NCBI GenBank assembly: GCA_036479435.1
Contig: JAZGFI010000149.1
Coordinates: forward strand, 1 to 10,587
Source: Planctomycetota bacterium
Lineage (GTDB): Bacteria; Planctomycetota; GCA-002687715; DRQF01
Direction of reading: 5' to 3'
Length of the DNA: 10,587 bases
Within the stretch, counting starts at the first letter, position 1, and every line of letters begins with the position of its first letter. This document shows positions 1 through 7,674 of the stretch, piece after piece. The translations under genes were made by a program, and so were the position numbers. The notes under the pieces are model-generated. The model worked only from the letters and a program-made list of their open reading frames with translations. It did not search any database and had not been told where the DNA came from.

Positions 1-1
1 C

Positions 2-325
2 ATCGTCGACGAAGGTAAGGTCATCGCGAAAGGACCGCCGCAAGAGATTATCAGCAGCCTTGGCGCTGACGGCATCGTCGAGTTCAAACCGGAAGACGAC
101 AGCTTGGTCGACATCGCAGCCCTGGAAAAACTGGCTGGCGTTCGTGAAGTACGCCACGAGGCCGGATCGTTCGTTCTCGCGGTCGACAAACCGCAGGTCG
201 CCATCGCCGCCTTGATGAACCATTTGGCTGAGACCGGTTTAGTGATCGAAGACCTTCGCACTCATCGCTCGACGCTCGAAGACGTTTTTGTGTCCTTGAC
301 CGGAAAGAGTTTGCGAGATGCTTGA
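2..325 (+). CDS. ABC transporter ATP-binding protein (ABC-2/DrrA-like), C-terminal part; 5' truncated by window edge
   Basis: The frame of ORF 104..325 is open from base 2: IVDEGKVIAKGPPQEII...STLEDVFVSLTGKSLRDA*. 'I.D.G.VIA.G.P.E' and 'TLEDVF..LTG..LRD' are typical of ABC-2 ATPase C-termini. Its TGA overlaps the permease start (ATGCTTGA, 318-325). Confidence 0.9.
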   Translation: MVDEGKVIAKGPPQEIISSLGADGIVEFKPEDDSLVDIAALEKLAGVREVRHEAGSFVLAVDKPQVAIAALMNHLAETGLVIEDLRTHRSTLEDVFVSLTGKSLRDA

Positions 326-1394
326 CGGTAGACTGAGCGAAATCGTTGAGCTAACGCGGGCTCGATTTCTGATCTTTTTGCGCGAACCGGAAGCCGTTTT
401 TTGGGTGTTCCTTTTTCCCATCGTGCTGTCGATTGTCTTGGGATTCGCGTTTCGAGAATCCGAACCACAGCCGAGTCGGATCGGGGTCTCAAAGGGAAAA
501 GGAGGCGACGAGATCAGCGCGATGCTGGATCGTCGCGACGGGCTTGAAGTGCGTCGTCCAGAGTCTCTGGAGGAAGCTCGGCGCGATCTCCGACGCGGTC
601 GTCTCGATGCCTTGGTGACGGTTCCTGGGCTGAATTCCGAAGCCGAGCCCAAAATTCGCTTTGACCCGCAGCGCAACGAGGCGATGTTGGCCCGCATGCG
701 TATCGAAGCGGCGCTAGGGGCCCTAAAGGACGATGGTGCCGGCCGCGCCAAGTCCGAGGTACAGATCGCAGCTTTAGAACCCACTTCAGAGCGCGGGTCC
801 CGCTACATCGATTTTCTGTTCGCCGGTATCCTCGGCATGAACATCATGGGCACCGCGATCTGGGGGATTGGCTTCGGCGTAGCGGACATGCGCCAAAAGA
901 AACTGATCAAACGCCTCCTCGTGACGCCGATGCGGCGATCGTCGTTTTTGCTCTCGTTTGTCCTGCAACGCTTTGTGTTCTTGTTGCTCGAAGTCACGGT
1001 GCTGATGGTCTTTGGGATCTGGGTGCTCGACATCCCCTTGGCCGGGCACATCGCCGCCTTCGTGTCGCTCTGCATCTTGGGCGGCCTGTGCTTCGCCGGT
1101 ATTGGACTTTTGGTCGCCTCCCGAGCCCGCACGATCGAAGGAGCCTCCGGCATCATGAACTTCGTCATGATGCCGATGTGGTTGGCTTCCGGAGTGTTCT
1201 TTTCCTACGAGCGCTTCCCAGATTTTTTGCACCCCTACCTACGCCTTTTGCCTCTAACGGCCCTCAACGACGCCTTGCGCAACCTCATGCTCGACGGCGA
1301 AACACTGTTTCAGCAGGGCCCGCAGATCGCTGTCTTAACCGTGTGGTTTGTTCTGTGCGCGGCACTCGCACTGAAGATCTTTCGCTGGGAATAG
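318..1394 (+). CDS. ABC-2 type transporter permease (358 aa)
   Basis: N-terminal 'FLREPEAVFWVFLFPIVL' TM helix, an extracytoplasmic domain, then 'YIDFLFAGILGMNIM', 'KRLLVTPM', several hydrophobic helices and 'SGVFF...FP...LPLT'. Overlaps the upstream ATPase gene. Confidence 0.93.
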   Translation: MLDGRLSEIVELTRARFLIFLREPEAVFWVFLFPIVLSIVLGFAFRESEPQPSRIGVSKGKGGDEISAMLDRRDGLEVRRPESLEEARRDLRRGRLDALVTVPGLNSEAEPKIRFDPQRNEAMLARMRIEAALGALKDDGAGRAKSEVQIAALEPTSERGSRYIDFLFAGILGMNIMGTAIWGIGFGVADMRQKKLIKRLLVTPMRRSSFLLSFVLQRFVFLLLEVTVLMVFGIWVLDIPLAGHIAAFVSLCILGGLCFAGIGLLVASRARTIEGASGIMNFVMMPMWLASGVFFSYERFPDFLHPYLRLLPLTALNDALRNLMLDGETLFQQGPQIAVLTVWFVLCAALALKIFRWE

Positions 1395-1503
1395 GCGAGA
1401 GCGTCTTCAGCATGCCTGACTCCGACGGAAGTTTTTCTAGGCGAGGCAGCCGCCAGCCAGATGGTACTTTCACTCCAGACGTTCATCGGGGCGGCGCTAG
1501 GGC

Positions 1504-1508
1504 GAGGT
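1504..1508 (+). promoter_or_regulatory. Putative ribosome-binding site GAGGT for GTG at 1515
   Basis: GAGGT lies 6 nt upstream of the in-frame GTG 1515, which directly precedes a signal-anchor (KLTRVLVVVFVLAACALLWLSL). Confidence 0.45.
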
Positions 1509-1514
1509 AGCAAA

Positions 1515-3122
1515 GTGAAGTTGACGCGGGTGTTGGTTGTTGTCTTCGTTCTGGCGGCTTGTGCCTTGCTTTGGCTAAGCCTTCAGAATGCCTCTGATCA
1601 TTCCGTGTTAACGGGATTGCCTCGGGGTGCATTAGAGAACGATAGGTCACCGGCAGCGATGGGAGAAGCCCGCCGAAGCAAGCCGTTTCACCGAGATGGG
1701 CGCGAGGAGCGCCGCGCGAGTCCCGAAGCTCCAGTAGAAGCCTCGGAAGTCGTGATCGTGAAAACGGCGCCCGGCCCAAGCTCAGGGTTTCCCGCCAAAC
1801 CTGAGGCCTACTCGCCGAAGACCCTTTACGCCCGAGTTGTTAACTCCAAGGGTGAGATTCAGGGTCATGCCGACAGCAAAGTCTCGGTCGATCTTTACTC
1901 CAAGACGGATTCCCCCCAGTTGCTCTGGTGTTCAAGTTGGCGTGCCGATGATCAAGCGCCTTCAGGACTCTTCAGCGCGCGAATGTCTCCTGACTTTTGG
2001 CGTGCCGCGGGGTTTGCGAAGAATCCCACCAAGCCAAGGTACTTTTGGCAGGTGCATGGGCTATTCAGAGAGCACCTGATCTTTGAAGCCGACGTGGATA
2101 GCCGCGCCGAATCGCCACAATTGCTGAAGCTGCCGCCCTGTGGGTGGGTGGAGGTCGAGCTGCGAGACCCCAAAGGCAAGTTGTTGCAGGAGGAGGTCAG
2201 GCTTCGCTCCCACATCCAAAAAAAAGATCTGTACTTAGAGAGTTTCTCGTACGACCACAGCGGTCATCGGTCGCAGCACACAAAGCTGAGGGATGTCAAA
2301 GGACGAGCCCTGATTGGGCCGGTAGCTCTCGCTTGTCGGATTCGCGTGCAGGTGGAAGTCCCACGAGGCAGCAGCGTTGAGTCGCGCAGTTTTGTGATCG
2401 AGGGACCGCAACAGGATGGGGAACGAGTGCAGCGAACCCTTGCTTGGTCAAAAGAGGCACGGTTCTTATTGGCGCGAGTCGTTGACGAGGCAGGCGAAGC
2501 CGTTTCGAATCAGAAGTTCTTTTTATCTGCCACCGTTCGGCGGGTCGTCAAAGTCAGCCATGTGCAATCGGGACGGAGCGACAGTTGGCAACAAACGCTA
2601 ACGACCGATTCGCAGGGGAGAATCAAAGTGCGAATCGCTATGAGCGTTCCTTCGAGCGTCAGAGCAATTTTGGATGTCTTTTTGCTGAGATTGCAAGGCG
2701 CGAACGTTGCCGGTGAGTACCGAGTCGCCAGGTCGCGATTAGAACTCCAACCCCACCAGCCCGAAGTGCAGCTCGGAAAACTTGTGCTCTTGGAACCGCC
2801 ATTCTTGGTGCGAGGGCGCGTCATCGATGATCTCGGGAATCCAGTGGGTGGGGCTGAGACCAAGATCCATGAAGACCTTAAGGGTGACAGCGACTTCGGC
2901 CTCAAAGACTACGCTGGTGGCCAATGGTTTGGGCATGGAATGTCGAATCAAGACGGTTGCTTTAGCTACTATTACTGGGTCGACGACGCCGGCAAAGCTC
3001 TCAGGATGTCCGCGAGCAAAGACGGACACCTTGATGGCCTGTCAGATCAATTCATTTTTGGTGACTCCGGCATCGTCATCGTTCTTGGCCGCGACCCTGC
3101 GCTCCAGGAGGCCGTCAAGTAG
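1515..3122 (+). CDS. Membrane-anchored/secreted protein with tandem prealbumin-like (carboxypeptidase regulatory-like) beta-sandwich repeats
   Basis: Long ORF (ATG 1461 is possible; GTG 1515 has the better RBS). N-terminal hydrophobic helix, Pro/Ala/Glu/Arg-rich linker, then recurring motifs LYARVVNSKGE, VEVELRDPKGK, LLARVVDEAGEAV...TTDSQGRI and VRGRVIDDLGNPVGGA...SNQDGCF. Confidence 0.7.
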   Translation: MKLTRVLVVVFVLAACALLWLSLQNASDHSVLTGLPRGALENDRSPAAMGEARRSKPFHRDGREERRASPEAPVEASEVVIVKTAPGPSSGFPAKPEAYSPKTLYARVVNSKGEIQGHADSKVSVDLYSKTDSPQLLWCSSWRADDQAPSGLFSARMSPDFWRAAGFAKNPTKPRYFWQVHGLFREHLIFEADVDSRAESPQLLKLPPCGWVEVELRDPKGKLLQEEVRLRSHIQKKDLYLESFSYDHSGHRSQHTKLRDVKGRALIGPVALACRIRVQVEVPRGSSVESRSFVIEGPQQDGERVQRTLAWSKEARFLLARVVDEAGEAVSNQKFFLSATVRRVVKVSHVQSGRSDSWQQTLTTDSQGRIKVRIAMSVPSSVRAILDVFLLRLQGANVAGEYRVARSRLELQPHQPEVQLGKLVLLEPPFLVRGRVIDDLGNPVGGAETKIHEDLKGDSDFGLKDYAGGQWFGHGMSNQDGCFSYYYWVDDAGKALRMSASKDGHLDGLSDQFIFGDSGIVIVLGRDPALQEAVK

Positions 3123-3191
3123 AATCATGTCGTGAGACCGCCCGTTTGACCTCGACTAACTTGGGGCTGATGGCGAAGGACGTTTTCCCCC

Positions 3192-3197
3192 AGGAGG
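3192..3197 (+). promoter_or_regulatory. Shine-Dalgarno AGGAGG for ATG at 3203
   Basis: Perfect AGGAGG 5 nt upstream of the in-frame ATG 3203 (MILRTFELARRSLRGVAAAILLISAMLSSSLAQ). Confidence 0.75.
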
Positions 3198-3202
3198 CTG
3201 AC

Positions 3203-5251
3203 ATGATCCTCAGGACATTCGAATTGGCAAGGCGGAGTTTGCGGGGCGTCGCGGCGGCGATCTTGTTGATTTCGGCGATGCTGTCTTCGAGCCTGGCCCA
3301 AGACTTGGTGCTTTCCGCTTCGCATCAGATCGACGTGAGACCCGAGGCTTTGGCTTTCAGTCGCGACGGTACGACGCTCCGGGTTGAGACTGGCGGGCAA
3401 CAACTGCGGTTCGCTTTGCGAGACGGGCTCAGATCTCTTGGCGGCGATGGCTCCGTTAAGAGTGAGATAGCTTACGACGACTCCTGTGTCGCTTTGCCGG
3501 ACGGAAAGTTTGCGGATCTCGACGAGGAAACGGCGACTCTGCGCATCGCTTCTTTTCTCGAGGGCAAGATCCAACGCGAAGAGAAGTTTAAGATCGATGG
3601 CCGTCCCCGTCTGATGGCCAAGACCGCAGACGGTCGCTTGCTTTTTTTGGGTGATGTTGAGAATCACCGCCTCGTTGTTTTTGATGTGTGGAATCGGCGC
3701 GTTCGGCAGACCGTGGACTTGCCCGGCGTTCCCGGGGGTTTGGCCGTCGGGCGCGATGACATCGATTTGATCGTGACGCTGCCTGAGATGGACAAAGTCA
3801 TCGTCCTGAACACCGCATCGCGAGAGATTGTGTACGAGATCGAGGAAGCTAAGGGCGCGCGTCCCACCCCGACCGTAGTGATGCCCGGCGCGCGCAAGGT
3901 TGTGTTCGCTAATTGCGGAACAGACGCCGTCGCGGTTCTCGATCTGGACTCGCGCCGCGTCAGCTATCGCCTGGTGGTGGGGGATGGACCGACTTCCCTG
4001 GCGCGCCGACCTCAAAGCCACGAGATTTGGGTGGCTCTTCCGAAATCTCAAAGTTTGGCCCGCCTGAGCATTCTCACCGTGACCCGGATGTCGTCGGATT
4101 CTGCGACAAGAAGGCCTACCCAGGTGGGCGTGTTGGGGATGATCCACGGCAGCCATCGAACTAGCAAACTATGGAGTTTGGGGCAGGTCGCCGACACGGT
4201 GCGCCGCTTTAAGCCCGATGTGCTTTTGGTGGAGATTCCGCCAGACCGCTGGGAAAGGGCGAAGCGTGACTTTGAAGAACGCGGAGTCATTGAAGAGCGC
4301 CGGACGCGCGTTTTCCCCGAATACGTGGATTGTCTGTTTCACCTCGCCGCCGAGTTGAAGATTCCTATCGAACCTTGCGCGGGTTGGTCGACGGAAATGA
4401 ATGACCTGCGCCGCCGACGTATGCGCGCCTTTGGTTCGGAAGAGCGCTTTGAGGAAGCCAATGATAGCTACCGTCGCGAGTCCAAAGCGGCGCGCGAGGA
4501 GCGCGACCCGAAAACGGTTCAAGACGATCCTCACTTCGTCAATAGCGCGGCCTACGATACTCAAACCAAACGTGAGCTGGAGCCCTATGATCGGCACCTG
4601 AATGAGTGGATCGGGCCCGGAGGTTGGACGAACATCAACCGCGCGCACTACACCCTCGTCGATCGGGCTTTGACAAGACACGCGGGCAAGCGTTGTTTGC
4701 TGACTTTTGGCGCAGGCCACAAATACTGGTTTTTGGAACAACTTCGCGAACGATTTGCCACGGAGATCATCGACCTGAAGCCCTTTCTGCCAAAACCGGG
4801 CGAGCTGGCGAAGCCGGAAGATCGCTTTCCTTTCCTCAGCGAGCGTTGCCGCGCGGAGGTCGTCGATCTTCACCGCTTCTTCGATCGTTGGTTTCGGGCG
4901 GAACTTGAAAACAGCCCCGAAGAACTGGCACGATTTTCGAAAGCCATGGGGCCGGATTTCGAGATGGTCCACGGCGATGGCAGAACGACGGCTCGCGACA
5001 AGATCATCGAGGTGATTTCAGGAATGCACGGTTCGCGCCGAGACCCGCGCGGGACCATTGAGATTCGAAAGGTCCGCGTGCGCATCCTCGAGCCCCAACT
5101 GCGGCTCGTCACCTACGAAGAGTGGGTGCGCCGCGGCGAGGAGTGGAAGGGGATCTCGGCCTCAGCCGTGATGCGCGCTGATCCCCGCGCGCCGGGTGGC
5201 GTGCATTGGGTTCATTTACACGAGTCGTTTTTGACCGGGAAGCGGAAGTAG
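3203..5251 (+). CDS. Secreted multidomain protein: YVTN/YncE-like beta-propeller + TraB/Tiki/EreA-ChaN-like domain + DUF4440 (SnoaL/NTF2-like) domain
   Basis: Sec signal peptide ending SLA|Q. Propeller blades 'RPEALAFSRDG', 'RPRLMAKTADGRLLF', 'VPGGLAVGRD' and 'VGDGPTSLARRP'. Middle domain 'VLGMIHGSH...FKPDVLLVE...FPEY...LLTFGAGHKYW'. C-terminal 'EVVDLHRFFDRWF...DFEMVHGDG...VTYEEW...WVHLHES'. The ORF track starts it at TTG 3146. Confidence 0.8.
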   Translation: MILRTFELARRSLRGVAAAILLISAMLSSSLAQDLVLSASHQIDVRPEALAFSRDGTTLRVETGGQQLRFALRDGLRSLGGDGSVKSEIAYDDSCVALPDGKFADLDEETATLRIASFLEGKIQREEKFKIDGRPRLMAKTADGRLLFLGDVENHRLVVFDVWNRRVRQTVDLPGVPGGLAVGRDDIDLIVTLPEMDKVIVLNTASREIVYEIEEAKGARPTPTVVMPGARKVVFANCGTDAVAVLDLDSRRVSYRLVVGDGPTSLARRPQSHEIWVALPKSQSLARLSILTVTRMSSDSATRRPTQVGVLGMIHGSHRTSKLWSLGQVADTVRRFKPDVLLVEIPPDRWERAKRDFEERGVIEERRTRVFPEYVDCLFHLAAELKIPIEPCAGWSTEMNDLRRRRMRAFGSEERFEEANDSYRRESKAAREERDPKTVQDDPHFVNSAAYDTQTKRELEPYDRHLNEWIGPGGWTNINRAHYTLVDRALTRHAGKRCLLTFGAGHKYWFLEQLRERFATEIIDLKPFLPKPGELAKPEDRFPFLSERCRAEVVDLHRFFDRWFRAELENSPEELARFSKAMGPDFEMVHGDGRTTARDKIIEVISGMHGSRRDPRGTIEIRKVRVRILEPQLRLVTYEEWVRRGEEWKGISASAVMRADPRAPGGVHWVHLHESFLTGKRK

Positions 5252-5263
5252 CCAGCGTAGCTC

Positions 5264-7513
5264 TCAATCCAGATCAGCCTCGGCTTCGGGGGTTGCGCTG
5301 GCACCAGACTTGCGGTCACCGTCTTTTCTGAGCGCTGCTTCCCAGAGCAGAGGTAGCAAGAACAAATCGGCGACGAGGGCGACGACGACAATAGTTCCGA
5401 GCAGGATTCCGGTGTCGCGCAGAGAACTGAATTCGGAAGGCAGCCAGGTCGCTGAAGCTAAGAACAAGATCATCGAGGTCGTGATCAAAGCCGCCCCGGA
5501 GCTTCGCAGCGCTCGCGTTAGAAAAACGCGGGGGCGCTCTTTGGGATTGCGGGCCTGTTCTTGGCGAAAGCGCGTCAAGATGTGAATGGTGTCGTCGACC
5601 GCTAGACCCAAACCCAAAGAATAGATCATGACGATCCCGATACGCAGCGGCAGTCCCAACCAGCCGTTGAGACCCAAGGCAACCAGGATGGGGATGGTGT
5701 TGGGGACGATAGAAATCAGGCCGATCCGCCAGGATCGATAGATCACCACGATCAGCAAGGTAATCGCCAGCAGCGAGACCAAAAAACTCTGCAACATGGT
5801 CGTGACAACTAAGCGACTGCTTTCGTGAGCCATCACCATGTAACCGGCGACTTCGGCCTTGACTCCGGGCGGCAATTCAACGGCGAGCCGATTGATGGCA
5901 TCTCGCCGTGCGAAGAATTTCAGCGTCCCATCATCGGCGGTGTAGAAAGTCATGCGCCCGGTGCGAAAATCCGGGTTGACGGTGTGGGCCGGAAACCAGT
6001 TTTTCGCCAGCTTCAGGTAACTCGCTCCGAGCTGGGCCTCCTGAGCGCGGAAGGGCTGAGGTTGGCCGGTGGCTTCTTTGATCCAGTCGACATAACTTTC
6101 GCCGCCGCGAATGCCGGGAAGAGCCAAGACGCTCTGTTGAAATCGATCGACGGCCAAGATCGCGGCTCCGTCGTCGAGGTTTCCGGTAAGCCTGACGTCC
6201 AAAGACAACAGTCCGGCGAAGTTCTGTTCGAACCAAGACAGGTTTTGAACGGCAGGGTCATCCTGCGGCATCTCTTCAAGCCAGCGCGAATCGATGACGA
6301 GGCGCTGGATGCCGACCACCGAAACCAGGACCAAGAGCGCGAACAAACCGTAGGTAAGGCGAGGGCGACCGTAGCCGAGTTTTCTTAACCCGGGGATGCG
6401 CGGCAAGGCCGCTGACTTGACCGGCCAAACGCTCAGTAAGGCCGGCAACAAAGTCATGACCATGACGAAGGTCATGAGAACCGCGCAGGAAGCCTTGACG
6501 CCGAAAGTCCGAACGGCGTGGTGTTCGGCTACCAAGAGCGACAAGAATCCGATGGCCGTCGTCAAAGACGTGAAAAAACAGGCGGGGCCCACGCGCCGCA
6601 TCATGGCCCGCAGGGCTTGTGACTTGGATTGGCCCTGGCGTATCGCTTCCTCAAAGTGGTGCAGCATGTGAATGGCATCGCAGATGCCAATCATGGCGAT
6701 GATGCCCGGCACCGCGAGGTCAATGAGGCCGACCACCGTCTTGGTATGAACGGCAATCATGACGGCCATGAGGTCGGCGCTAAGGACGCAAAACAGCGGG
6801 ATGAAAGCCCCGCGGAGCGAGCGGAAGACGAAGGGCAACAAGATCGAGAACAGAACGAACTGAATCAGCAAGCCACGGCCCAGATCGCGCTTCATGTAGC
6901 CGACCATGGCGTCGTTGGCGGCGGCACCGCCGACAAAGCGACGGGTGACATCGGAAGGGAAGAGCCTGTCGATCTTCGATTCCAATTGTGCTTGGAAGTT
7001 CGGGGCTTTTTCGTTCGCGCGTTCAGCGGCGGTCACAAAAAGTGCTAGTGAATGTCCGTCGGCGGCGAACAGTTTTTGCATGACCAAAGGATGGCGGCGG
7101 GCGACCGCCAGCGGATCACCCGATCCGACTTCGTCTCGAAAACTCCGCAGGCGCGGTGGGAAAGTTGCCGGCTCAACTAGCGGGCAGCGGAATATCGAAA
7201 AGACCGAAGCCACGGCAGGATCGGTTTCGAGGGCGCGGAGTTTTTGCTCGATGCCGGCAAGCTGGTCGCCCTTGATCGGCGCCGGCCAAGTTAAGGTGAC
7301 GATCTGGTCAAAAGACTGAAAGGGGACGTCGGCGTCGAACTGATCCACGGCCCGCCGTACTTCGTCATTGGCCTCGATGAGAGGCAGGATTGAAAAATCG
7401 AACTGTAGCCGAGAAACGGTCGTGGCGGCGTAGATCAAGATCACCGCCAGCAGGCCGAGGATGACGAATCTCCTCTGCTCGATAAATCCGGCCCAAGCTT
7501 CCAAAGCTCCCAA
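5264..7513 (-). CDS. MMPL/RND-family exporter (749 aa)
   Basis: Two-fold internal repeat, each half with 1 TM, a soluble domain and a multi-TM block. Acidic TM4/TM10 motifs 'GICDAIHMLHHF' and 'GLAVDDTIHILTRF'; 'TSLTTAIGFLSL'. Start is uncertain (TTG 7513 or TTG 7504; in-frame stop at 7540-7538). Confidence 0.9.
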   Translation of the reverse strand: MGALEAWAGFIEQRRFVILGLLAVILIYAATTVSRLQFDFSILPLIEANDEVRRAVDQFDADVPFQSFDQIVTLTWPAPIKGDQLAGIEQKLRALETDPAVASVFSIFRCPLVEPATFPPRLRSFRDEVGSGDPLAVARRHPLVMQKLFAADGHSLALFVTAAERANEKAPNFQAQLESKIDRLFPSDVTRRFVGGAAANDAMVGYMKRDLGRGLLIQFVLFSILLPFVFRSLRGAFIPLFCVLSADLMAVMIAVHTKTVVGLIDLAVPGIIAMIGICDAIHMLHHFEEAIRQGQSKSQALRAMMRRVGPACFFTSLTTAIGFLSLLVAEHHAVRTFGVKASCAVLMTFVMVMTLLPALLSVWPVKSAALPRIPGLRKLGYGRPRLTYGLFALLVLVSVVGIQRLVIDSRWLEEMPQDDPAVQNLSWFEQNFAGLLSLDVRLTGNLDDGAAILAVDRFQQSVLALPGIRGGESYVDWIKEATGQPQPFRAQEAQLGASYLKLAKNWFPAHTVNPDFRTGRMTFYTADDGTLKFFARRDAINRLAVELPPGVKAEVAGYMVMAHESSRLVVTTMLQSFLVSLLAITLLIVVIYRSWRIGLISIVPNTIPILVALGLNGWLGLPLRIGIVMIYSLGLGLAVDDTIHILTRFRQEQARNPKERPRVFLTRALRSSGAALITTSMILFLASATWLPSEFSSLRDTGILLGTIVVVALVADLFLLPLLWEAALRKDGDRKSGASATPEAEADLD

Positions 7514-7674
7514 TCTCCATTCAGGAAGTTGAGGTGATCATAGGGTCAGAGGGGCCATTGGGACAGCGGTGAGCTCACGACGATCTTCGAATCAAATCCT
7601 CGTGTTTGATGCTGCCTTGGCGTCTCCCTGTGCGTTAGGCTGAGGCCCCCACCCCCAGCTGGAAAATCGCGATC

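Noticed and set aside
104..325. 73-aa small protein as called by the ORF track
   Set aside because: The frame is open back to base 2; it is the tail of an ABC ATPase.
1392..1511. Mini CRISPR array
   Set aside because: Repeats are only 8-15 nt, unequal, with irregular spacing and no cas genes.
2218..2225. A8 homopolymer as a phase-variation tract
   Set aside because: Short, in frame (Gln-Lys-Lys), with no other support.
3146..3151. TTGACC as a -35 element, or TTG start of the 701-aa ORF
   Set aside because: No matching -10 at proper spacing; ATG 3203 has a perfect SD and yields a normal signal peptide.
3125..4972. Long antisense ORFs 3125..4156 (343 aa) and 4169..4972 (267 aa)
   Set aside because: They shadow the well-supported + strand gene and have no recognisable motifs; such ORFs are expected in GC-rich DNA.
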